Part shown: positions 1-10,700 of the stretch, piece after piece | How the letters are laid out: every line of letters starts with the position of its first letter | Numbering within the stretch: position 1 is the stretch's first letter | NCBI GenBank assembly: GCA_977017575.1 | Contig: CDRNVI010000020.1 | Coordinates: 372,001 to 436,000 of the forward strand | Source: Paramoeba atlantica | Taxonomy: Eukaryota > Protista > Discosea | Length of the DNA: 64,000 nucleotides | Reading direction: 5' to 3' | The notes under the pieces: generated by a model | The model's input: only the letters and a program-made list of their open reading frames with translations | The model's database searches: none | What the model was told of the DNA's origin: nothing | Position numbers and translations under genes: made by a program

Positions 1-287
1 AAAATGATTTTTGAACTTTTTCTCAGTAATTTTGAACCTAAATACTGACCCCTTCCAAAAGTCCGAACTTAATAGTTGTCATTCGAATTTGAATGACAGG
101 TGTGAAAATCAAAAAACGACTGAAATTTATTCCTAAAAAAACTAATGATAAAAACTAACGGTAAAAAGCAATGAGTTTCTTGCTTTATTTCTCTCCTACC
201 TCGCCAGTATCTTAAATTGTTTACATCGTAATAGATGGCTTTAGCCAGCAACGCAATATTCGGTCGAGAGAAAAAATTCTATATACC

Positions 288-409
288 GTCCCCCCCTATT
301 TAGTGTTTGGTAGAATTGGGGAAAAACCAACACTAAGTAGGGGAGGGAAAAAAAATGGCGCAGTTTCGTCAATGTCTACGAAGCAGAAAAAACACTAAAT
401 AGGGGGACA
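288..409. mobile_element. Short MITE-like inverted-repeat element (GTCCCCCCCTATTTAGTGTT ... AACACTAAATAGGGGGAC)
   Basis: Inverted ends seen directly; same terminal motif as the element at 2409-3697. Confidence 0.5.
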
Positions 410-940
410 AGGTACTAAATAGTAAATAGAGGGTGATTAAATATTATTTAATACGTGTGTCATATTCTTGTCACATTCTTATCTACATGATTACATCAGT
501 TGAGCTCGGAATTTGTTTCCGTGCGCTCGACTTAAAGTTACCCGTCAAAGTTATCTTGTACGTGCACGGAGTGAGGCAACGAGACGAAACAACTTTCTTC
601 AGGTGTTGATGTCTCTGAAGCTTATTTTTAAGTTTCACACGCACTCCGAGGAAAGTCCCTCTGCTCGTTTACCGGTAGCAAGTACCGCTCGGAGTTCACG
701 CACTCCGATGCCTAGGCGGAGGTGATTTGTTTGCCTCTCCTGGGGAGAGCAAGTGTGCCCCATACGAGATATCTCGTTTGGACTGCTTATAGTAATGTAC
801 GCGTTACATACAAAAGAGGGCTTATATCAATAAGATACATGTTGGGGACTTTTGATGATAACTTTTAAAAAACGATATAAAAGTACATGTACATAAAGAG
901 GGGGTTCATCTATTATTAACAATCACCTATTACTAACAAT

Positions 941-1275
941 GGTATTGCGGTGGTTGTATAAATACCGCTCTACCCTCGATTTTTGACGAAAAAATAAGAG
1001 AAACACAGTAATATGATAGAAGAAAAAAATATAAAAGGGGGCTCCGGTGGTCCAAAATTGAAAAAAAGAATTGAAAAAATTGGGGGGTCCATGGGGGGGG
1101 TCTAGGGGGGGCATACCGCACGAAATGTTTTTTGAAAAAAATATTTTTCGAAAAAAAACCGCAGAAGCGGTAGCCGGGGTCTTGGCGCGCATTTTTCACT
1201 CCCCTACCCGGGGGTGACCCCCCCGCATATCCGCAGGACGGGTCCGCCAAGTTCGGATTTTTTCATAAAAAAAAT
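941..1275. repeat. Dispersed repeat family X (non-coding, probable DNA transposon end)
   Basis: Closely matches 44702-45050 (GCGGTGGTTGTATAA...GGTCCAAAATTGAAAA...CCGCAGGACGGGTCCGCCAAGTTCGGATTTTT) and partly 31773-31990. Confidence 0.7.
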
Positions 1276-1321
1276 ATTAAAGAAATTATATTATATTTTA
1301 TATTATACTTTTCAGTCCCTA

Positions 1322-2032
1322 ATGACGTTATCCGTAATGGCTTTTTCTGGTGACTCGAATATAATTGGCTTCCGTACGATGTTAGGTGCAGCCGACACTT
1401 CTACTTCCAGAGCGGGGAAGGTACGAGGGCAATATCTTCCTCCTGAGGTTGAACTTTCACGTTTCGTCCGCTTCGTTCAAAACCCTCATCCTACGTGGAA
1501 GGCAAACAAATCTATTAAGGAATGGGTCGGAGTGCAGACTACAGACGCAGGATTTGAAATACTTTGGGGTGGCTTCGAACTAAGGGGTCGGGTTGATTGG
1601 TCCCATCTTCCGCTCTCAACCGTCAAACTATATATTGGCAAAGGTATCCGTCGAGGAAAATTGCGAGACAATCGACTCCAGGACATGATTGATTTTTCTG
1701 TACTCCCGCATGAGTTAAAAGAGTTTTCTGTTGAGTCTGATCTTAGAGGGGATTTCTTTGGAGCACTGGATTTTACTCGGCTGCCCCCAAAACTGTACGG
1801 TCTCAACATAGAACACAATCGGTTTGATGGGATCATTGATCTTACGCAACTTCCTCCAAATATTGAGTACGCTTGGCTAGCATACAATTTCTTTTCTGGT
1901 AGAGTCAACTTTTCTATGCTTCCACGGAGCCTTAATGTCTTGAGCTTGAGTAGAAATACTCTATTCTACAGTAGTAGGCCTAAATGCGTTGAGATTTATA
2001 ACGATGTAAATCCCTATCATGCTAATTTTTAG
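1322..2032 (+). CDS. Leucine-rich repeat protein (KVRG-family LRR)
   Basis: RAGKVRG..LPPE N-terminal motif, W..K..W.GV cap, repeated LDFTRLPP/IDLTQLPP + LxxLxLxxNxFxG units; start codon uncertain. Confidence 0.8.
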   Translation: MTLSVMAFSGDSNIIGFRTMLGAADTSTSRAGKVRGQYLPPEVELSRFVRFVQNPHPTWKANKSIKEWVGVQTTDAGFEILWGGFELRGRVDWSHLPLSTVKLYIGKGIRRGKLRDNRLQDMIDFSVLPHELKEFSVESDLRGDFFGALDFTRLPPKLYGLNIEHNRFDGIIDLTQLPPNIEYAWLAYNFFSGRVNFSMLPRSLNVLSLSRNTLFYSSRPKCVEIYNDVNPYHANF

Positions 2033-2149
2033 TATGAGCATGAAAGCATGCGTATTTTATTCCAAATATTAATTTTGAAATAGTATAATTTATTATCCCA
2101 ATTCCAATTTTTTTATTATCCTAATTCCAAACTTTTTTCGGAGTCTCAA

Positions 2150-2347
2150 CTGAAATACAACCACCTGTGGCATACGCAAAAGCATAATTATCTCGAAGCA
2201 TATCTATTTGCCCCAGATATTGGGGCACGAGGAAGTCTCCAAGACTCGGCGAGTAAATTGGACATGCTCTTCTGCGAGGACACAGAGCTTGCGAAAGAGT
2301 GTCGCCAACACATGGTGACGAGGGCCTTTAGGAGGAGTTTTACTATA
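2150..2347 (+). mobile_element. Fragment of RLE non-LTR retrotransposon family B (endonuclease C-terminus)
   Basis: Nucleotide match to reverse complement of ~30370-30570 (encodes IGARGSLQDSASKLDMLFCE.T.LAKECRQH.VTRAFR.SFT). Confidence 0.8.
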
Positions 2348-4422
2348 CAGAGGGGGTCACGAAAACGGTGTGGGGTATAAAATTTGTGCCGTGCGAGCTT
2401 TTGACGTACTGTCCCCCCCTATTTACTATTGAGTGCTCAACCCCCCCTATTTAGTGTTGAATTTTGGGTTCTGTGCGTATAGGCGCCGCGAAGCGGCGCT
2501 TAATTCGTTTTTTCCAAACACTTTTTTTCTTATCTTTGCTTGTCATTTGTGATTGTTCACCTATTTCTACTGATTTACTTTAATCATTCATGGTGATATT
2601 TGCAATCAACAAAAAAGCAGGACTCGTAGCTCTATAAACGTTGGTCCCATTTTTGGTGAGCGGGTTGTATTCATTCTTCGCTTGTTTGGTTCTCCTTTAT
2701 ATGTACTTTGCTTGTCAGACCTAGCCTTTATAGCTGTATACCCCTTTGCAAGATGTCCACCCACAGGCCTTTATACTTAGTATACTAATGCCCCACAGAG
2801 TTTATAAAGCTGTATCCCCAACCCAGTGAAATAATACTAAACGGGGGTCCCGTTTATCAGTTATTGGCAAGGAAAAGGGGCCCTGATGGCTGACCGTATT
2901 CTAGATAGAACATTCACAAGAAGTGTTTGAAAACAGGGTACTGAAATAGGCCTGTTCGATCGCTGTACGGTGTGGTGCGTTGTATGCGTTCTTGAAATCG
3001 ATGGGAAGAATCGTGTTTCCCGCTTCATATTCTAAAATCAGCTCATGAACGATTGATTTACAGGCGCTCTTTTGTAAAATACCGCGTTGAAGCGGCTGGA
3101 AAAGAGATTTCAGTGCATCTCAAATCTCTTGCCGAATTTCGCCGTCCGAATTTCAATTCTGATTTCCTCTTTTTGCGGCATGCAAGATTTTATCTACTAT
3201 TGCTATTTAGCATGCCTGTGACCTGGTACCACACCGGGGGGGTATGGTATCGTGACCCATGGCCGATAGCATACCCTCCGCTGGTTCTTCAGGCAGACAA
3301 CATATGATATCGACTTCTTGTTCGAGGTGGTCCACGTAGATCATAACCCTACAGAGCATTATTTATCTGTTTTCTGTACTATTTATCGCGTTTTTTCATT
3401 TCTATGACTTTTTGTTGGTGATATTATTAACATCCACTACTAACTTATGCTGGTAATCACTTTTTTACAAATTTATCCCAACAACTTACCATACCTGTGA
3501 CCTGCTACCATATGTATGATCTCGTACCATACCGGGGGGTATAGTAAACCGGGCACTCCTTTACAATCGTGATTTTGAAAACAATACGGCGCGAAGCGGC
3601 GCGTTTTTTTTTTTTTTGAGGGGAGGAGACTTCTTACCCCCCCTATTTAGTGTTGGATTTTGCCGAATTTCACTCCACACTAAATAGGGGGGGACAGTAA
3701 TTCAACAGATCTCGAAATTTTAAGACTAGGTGCGTTATAATTACTTAGGCATACATGTTTAGGCATACATAAGGTTGGGTGATAATGGTGAGTCGGTAAA
3801 AAACAGTCTTTTTTTGCATATTTGGATTTGCTCACTATTTATTTATTGATCCCCCATTTTTCTCAAATAAGTCTGATTCGGGACGGGAAGCTTGTCAAAG
3901 TATTATTATACGATGCTTTTATATCAGATAATAGATAATCAAGCGCTTTTGGAATTGCAGCTTGCAGTTCCTTACGGTTTGTGGGGCGGAGAGTAAATTT
4001 TATGTGTGGTCCATCATGCTCCAAAAATTTGAATTAAATTTAAATCCGGCGACTTGGCAGGCCAATCCGGAATGCTAATACTCATATCTCTCCGATACGT
4101 CGAGCATGATTATGGCCCGGAGCGTTATCCATGATCACTGTAGCCGCTGGTTTCCGTTTTAACCAGTTATAGAAACCATTTTGTTTTTATTCATAGTTTG
4201 ATGCGCTAAAATGATACAAAATGATAAAAATCTGATTTTTGCAGAATTTTCCGGTAAAATTTGCAATAAATTTTTCTCATGACGTCATACCAGCTTCAGA
4301 GGGGGCAACAATGGTGCTAGTAGTCTTAAAAATTCGAGATCTTTTGAATGCCAAAGGAATTACGTCAAGAGCTCGCACGGTACAAATTTTATACCCCGCA
4401 CCGTTTTCGTGACCCCCCACTG
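2348..4422. mobile_element. Non-autonomous Tc1/mariner-type element with >=61-bp TIRs
   Basis: 2348-2408 (CAGAGGGGGTCACGAAAACGGTG...GACGTA) is the near-perfect reverse complement of 4361-4422. Preceded by TA, followed by CA. Splits a family-B retroelement. Confidence 0.8.
2409..3697. mobile_element. Nested TA-flanked TIR element (CTGTCCCCCCCTATTT ... AAATAGGGGGGGACAG)
   Basis: TA at 2407-2408 and 3698-3699, inverted termini, subterminal CCCCCTATTTAGTGTTG repeats, no ORF recognised. Confidence 0.8.
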
Positions 4423-4586
4423 CATACCAAGATCTGGACCGCACAACCTGAAACACTATGGATATTGTGTTTCGGATGGGTAAACATGAATAGCCAAACA
4501 TGTCGTATGCGCGTACGGGATCATACATGTATTTTGTGTGATCTCAGGCTATTTGACTTAATGTCTACAGTTTAACTGTATGAATC
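4423..4586 (+). mobile_element. 3' end of RLE retrotransposon family B (continuation of 2150-2347)
   Basis: Matches reverse complement of ~30207-30370 (GAATAGCCAAACA.GTCGTATGC..GTACGGGATCATA...GCTATTTGACTTAAT.TCTACAGT.TAACTGTATGAATCC). Confidence 0.75.
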
Positions 4587-4744
4587 CTTCTTCAAGAAGA
4601 CTAAAAAAGTTTTTTTTGCTTTTCATGTCGTTCATCCCAAAAAGAAGTATCAAAAAAAATGTATCTTTAGTATATTATCTGATCTATCGTGCAAATTATC
4701 TTTCTTGTAGAGTTGCTTATCACCACTACAAGTTCATCACTTTT

Positions 4745-7700
4745 ATGGGCTCTTCTGCGTCTCGCCCAGATCATTCCACTCCTGCAAATGTGGCCTTCGA
4801 CGAAACGCTTCACTGCAAACTTGATGCTCCTCCGCCCAAGATCCCTACGCTTCCGATCAACCCGCAATCCGAAATTAAAACTGGTATTGGCAAAGATCTC
4901 TCCCTATCTCGCGGCATCCCATTTGGGTCAGTCGGCGTAACCACCACGGCCGTGCGCAGACCCATGGAAATCTCTAGTGAGAGCGCCGCGCAATCCATCC
5001 CTTCGATCCCCTTGTCGCTTCTATCACGACAAGAGACCAAGAAAAAGAGACGTGCACAGGATCCTACCGAGCCTCGTGCATGGGAGGATGCGGCACAGAT
5101 CACCGACACGCTGACGTCTGCCACAAGACCTCCTCTCACGCCCGATTCCCCTACACCCCACCTCAACGCCCCACCCCCCACCGCACTGCCATCCCCGCCG
5201 CACCCGTCCTCCCCTTGTGACACTTTATATGCTCTCCTCGCCGCACTCGATGCGTTGGATCACGGAACACTCTCACAAATCGGGCCCTCTCGACGCCTTC
5301 CTCCTCTCTTTTCACCTCTCTCTCGTTCTTATGACACATCCCCTCAACAACATCCCGAAACTTCCCTCCCCTCAGAGGACACGACTCGTACATTCTCCCA
5401 TCCCCTACCATACCTACCCCCACACGACCCTACCCTACCCCTTCCTCATCCTTCCCTACCTCTTCATCATAACACTCACCACCATCATGATGATGATGAT
5501 AATCATTCTCATCACAACCCTCACAATGAGGGCCCTTCTCATCACAGCTCTCCTGATGAGGATACTCCTCATCACAGCTCCCCTAATGATCACAATTCCT
5601 CCCATCCTAGCTCTCACAACCATGATGGTCCCCATCACAGCCCTCACAACCCGAGGATGATGATAAATAATGATGAGGGTCATTCTCATCACACCCGTCA
5701 CAACCATAATGACACCCCCCATCCTTGCTCTCTTAAAGATGAGCATCACATAAATCATCATAGCGCTCACAACTCAATGAGGATGATGAATCATAGTAAT
5801 CATAATCCTAATGATTCTTCTCCTGACTCCCCCTCCTCTCTCCTCTCCCTCTCCCATACCCTACGACGGGATCTCACGGCTGCGTTACAACAGTGTAAAG
5901 GCAGTAGTGGTCGTAGTGGTAGTCACCCACCCCCACGAGCTCGGGACAAACTCAACACGCTGTTGTTGGGTCGTAGGTTCCGCGAGTTAGCGGGGGTAGC
6001 CGCAATGGTGGCAGGAGCAAGGGAGAGGGAGCAGGGAGTGCAGCAGGAGGGGCAGCAGAGGAAAGAGGGGAGGAAGGAACCAACGCCGATCCGTGGGGCT
6101 TCCGCAGATCGTGCGGCGTTACGGGACCCGAAGGTAGTGGAACGGAAAGTGCAGTGGGAGAGTGCCCGGGGGAGAGTGTCCTCGGGTCCGGGAGTTTCGT
6201 CGGTTTTGTTGCATGGGGAAGAGGAAGGAAACGGGGGGATAAAGGCGGGGGTAGTGGAAGATGGAGGTCGCGCCGTGTTGAATGGTGAAGAACACGCGGG
6301 GTATTTAAATGCGATGCGGCCCACGGAACGTGACTTACTGCAGCATTATCTCGCAGAGGGCAACATGGAGGAAACGTTAAAGTTGCTGGAGGCGATGACG
6401 CGGGATCGAGTGGTGTGTGGCGTGGAGCATTTAGCGGGGGATCCAGGTGAAGGGGTGGGAAAACCTTTCCGAACGCTCTCGAAGGGAAAGGCAGAGGACT
6501 TTTTGCCATCGGAGATGTTACCCATCGGGAGTCATGCCGTGAGTGCTTCCCGGGTGGATTATACCAGGGACAACACAGCAAAATGTGTGCCTACGCCACT
6601 GGAAAAGAGTCTGGCTCAAATCTCCCAAAGATTCCGTCGGCCATGTTTTGAGGATTTTGTGGATGCGCTTCCGAAAGATTTCTTGTCACTAGCCCCTTCC
6701 CGAGTTCTAAAAACCGCAACGCGGTTCGACGCTAGAGATCTCGATACAGACGACGACCAGGATGACGCAGAAAACAGGAGCTCTACTAATGCCAAGGAGG
6801 GCTCAGTTATTGACAAAAAGGCACAGATATCAAGGATAAAAGATACCAAGATAAATGATCCAACCTCTTCCTCCGCCGATGCCGCGCTGCAGAAAGCAAA
6901 CGAAGAGTATGGGCGTAAAAAGCAGGAAGATTACCGCATGTTTGCGACAAAGAAAGTGCGGGACGAACATGGAATGGTGCGAGCAGCAAGGGGTCCATTC
7001 CCACCTCCTTGTTTAGCGGACCACACACAGGACCCTTTGGCGGAGGGTCGTGCGCGTCGCAGTTTACGTGGGAAGCATACTCCGGAGGAGGATGAAGAGA
7101 CTGGGTCCAATGGCACTCTTACGGAGGAGGAAGAGCGACTTCAATCGGAAGACCATAAATCTGGACACTCCAGTGGGAGTATTGAGACGCAAACAACGGG
7201 CACCAGTGAAAAAACCGACACAAAAGGTGAAGCTGCCGCACAGCTGAACAAAGCAGCACCTCTCCCGGACGTTATTGAGCCAGACTGGCGATCTGTGATG
7301 GAAGCGCTTTCCAGTGAAACGCTGAGGAAAGTGCTTGAAGTACTTCGACCTCACCCGACAAAGGCACAGCAGCAACAACAAAAGAAATCCCCCAGTGCCA
7401 CAGTCGCACAGCTCATATTTCGCCTCGGGGTCGAAAAAGTAATACATGCGATGGAGAAGCAACGCCTGCTGGAGCCGTTGTTACGACCGAAAGGCACGAA
7501 ATCCTGTCTCGCGAGTCGTCTCGAAAGCGATTTTATCCCCACCATGGAGGAGTATCCGGAGATTCGCAAAGGAATTGCCCTCGCCTTGCTGCTCTCTCAA
7601 GATATTCACACCAACGCAAATACACAAGACTTGTACGAGCGTACAGTCGTCTCGGGACTCCGCGCCGGTCTCGGTTCCCTGCGCCCCCGTCTTCTTAAAA

Positions 7701-10700
7701 AGGTGGTTACAGAAATTGCCGCCTATTGCAAAAATAAATACGCAACAACGGACACGTCGTCTCAAAGCTCGACCAGGGCATTCGCTCCGCAGAACGGCGA
7801 GGACCCCAGCAACCTCTCAGTGGATAAACAAGTCGAGTTTGTGGTGTGGTCTGTGGTCCCTGGAGAACGTGTCCGGCACAAGAAGGAGCGTCTAGCCTCA
7901 CGCCGACGAAAACGAGGGGTCGGTTTTTTTCTCGAGCACGCTGCCAGTGTGTTTCACACCGGACGAGTGTGCTTTCGCCTCTCCCGCGTGAGCTCGTTGC
8001 GGAAGAACCCCTACCGGCACTACAGCCCGGATTTTCAGTACGGTGGGGTCCCATGGAGCCTGCTCGCGATGCAGCACAAGGATCACCTCGCGCTGTATCT
8101 CTGTCAGACAGGAAACGTCCACTGTAAGTTTATCCTTACGTTGCTGCACGTGAATGAAGGAGAGAGTATTCGCAACGAGGGATGTCAGAGGTTCCAGTCC
8201 AATTCCGCGGAGAATGACTGGGGATTTAACAATGTGGTGAGTTTGGAAAAGTTATTTGATCCTGTCGGGGGTTTTTGGGATTCGGAAACGGATTCTATTC
8301 TTGTGGACATCGCTCTAATGATTTTAGACGACCCTGTGCCTTCTCCCTCCTTAAATTCAACGGTTCATCCCGATCTCGCGCCTAAGCTAACGACTGCATC
8401 TCAGCAATCCGCCATTAATGTGGGACGCACGACTTTGGCTCCAAAAGAAGCACTTGACTACACGAGTCATGAGGATGTGTTTATCAAGGATGTTGTGTCA
8501 AAATCCGTTTTGGGAAGTCCCACACTAGATGCCAAATCAGGTCCGGAAAATGATCTGGTTACGAAGACAACAACAAATATAACCCGGCGTTCTGTGGATT
8601 TTTCGAAATCGAAATTTACGTCCAACTCGGTGTCCATTCGATTCACGGGAGAAGCGACGCCCTCTTTTACCAACGAGTCCTCCACAAGCGAACTTCTCCA
8701 AACGGCACAGGCCAATGCCTCTTTGCTTGAGCTAGTCGAAGAGGAACTTGCAGGAAAGGAGAAAGAATGGAAAAAGAAAACTACAAGGCATTTTAAAGCG
8801 TTGCGTAGCAAATTGTACCGAGACCAGGAAAAGGAACGTAAATCTTTTTCGAAGGATGAGGAAGAGGCGCGTCAAAAATTGTATGATGCGGAGAAGAAAT
8901 CTTTGGGCATTACAAAAGAAAATACCGTGAAATCTAAGAGGGCATCCAAAGCATCCACTTTTCAGCAATCAAGTCCTGAGCCTGCGACCAAACAAATTTT
9001 AGTGTCATTTAATGATTATGGGGACAAATCTTTGTCATGTGAAATCAAGGAAATTCAAGAAGCTACAAGCGCCGTCCGTGCTGAAACCGCAAAGCTTACC
9101 GAAGACTTGTCGCAACTTCTCTCAGAGAAAAGTACCACAGAGAGAAAAATTACAGATATCGTCTCTCAAGAGCGTCAAACCCGTCAAAAGCTAAAACTAA
9201 TGCGCTCAAAAGTAGCTCGTAAGCAGGCCATTTTGGATGATTATTCCGTTACATTACGCGACTTGGAAAATTCTATCTCACATGTGAGAGCTCAAAAAGA
9301 AAGTGCTACAGGGGAAACGAAAACCAAGGAATCTAAGCGTGCGGAACCCCAACTACTGAACGCATCAACCGGAAAAGCACTACACGATACAACAATCGAA
9401 AAGCAGGATGATTCATCTACATTATCTTACAGTCGTTCCAAATCTCCTCGCTCTCCTGTCCCATCCACCCCACCATCGTTGTCTCGTTCGTCAAACAAGT
9501 CCAAAAGAGGGATAAAAACTGGGGAAACTCGCGAATTGCGTCACTCAGAAACGTCGAAAAAGCCTTTGACCTCTCCAGGGGGTGACGAAAAAAACGGTTT
9601 GTCTCTCGAGGCAGAATCACTACTGCACAGTTCCGGCCTCCCTGACAACATTGCCAAAGACGACCCACCGCTCCGAGACGTCCTCCCTACCTCCACATTC
9701 CACTCTCCTCATGTCACTCCGCACACAACCTTGAGTCCTTCTGCTCTTCACAAAACTCCTCCCGGGGCTCTTCCTCCCCCCTTCCCTCCGGTAGCTCCTC
9801 CCCTGACAATACATCCTTCCCAAAGTTTACCCTTCCCCAGCTGTTCTTCTACCCACGAACCCCCGCCCTACGCTCCACCCCACATTTCCCCTCATCCCTC
9901 CACACGTTCCTCTCCACAACGACCCCCACTACCCCCTTCCCTCCCCTATCCCTCCCAAGCTTTGCCCTTCCCTGATCCTTCGTTACCTCACCCCTCCTCC
10001 TCCACCCTACCCTTCCTTCCCTTTCCACCCCCTACCCCCTATGGAGCAAGGAGCCATCTCCCTTACCAAGGGATTCCTTCCCCTCAAGGGGTTCTTTCTC
10101 AAAGAGCTTCTCCTCAAAGGGTTCCTTCTGAACGGGCTCCTCCTCAAGGGGTTCCTTCCGAACGGGTTCCTCCTCAAGCGGTTCCTTCTGAACGGGTTCC
10201 TTCTCAAGGGATTCCTTCTGAACGGGTTTATCCTCAAGGGATTCCTTCTGAACGGGTTCCTTCTCAAGGGATTCCTTCTGAACGGGTTTATCCTCAAGGG
10301 ATTCCTGCCTCAACAACAACAAATATGTATCGTATACCAAATGCAAATACAACGCCTTCCTTACCCCAACAACAACAACAGCAGCAGCAACCCATGGAGT
10401 TGCCACTGCCACCACCACCACCACCACAAACCGGTACCTTCCCCCCTCCCCCCCTCTACCCTCCTCATGAGAGTAGTAGCAGCAGTACCCTCCCTTCCCC
10501 CTTTCCCATGACCCCAGCCTTCCCGGGCCCCATGGGGCCTCACGGCCCTCCAGGGCATGGACCCCTTCCCCCTCTCCAACCACCCCCGGTGCCACCCAAC
10601 GCCTATACCCACGTTTTACCCACGAGGGGGGGTTGGGAGAAAGGGGAAAGTGGAAGGAAGGAACGAAAATGGGAAACGCTAATGAATCCCATGGCGCTAC

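Noticed and set aside
3365-3385. TTTCTGTACT as another SL fragment (also ~36030)
   Set aside because: Only 9-10 nt match in T-rich sequence and the flanks do not match the 28-mer.
4580-4744. ORF-track start of the MATH gene (likewise 20579, 25410, 1214, 22730)
   Set aside because: These extensions run through TE ends, an upstream gene or SL/UTR sequence. Downstream ATGs fit better.
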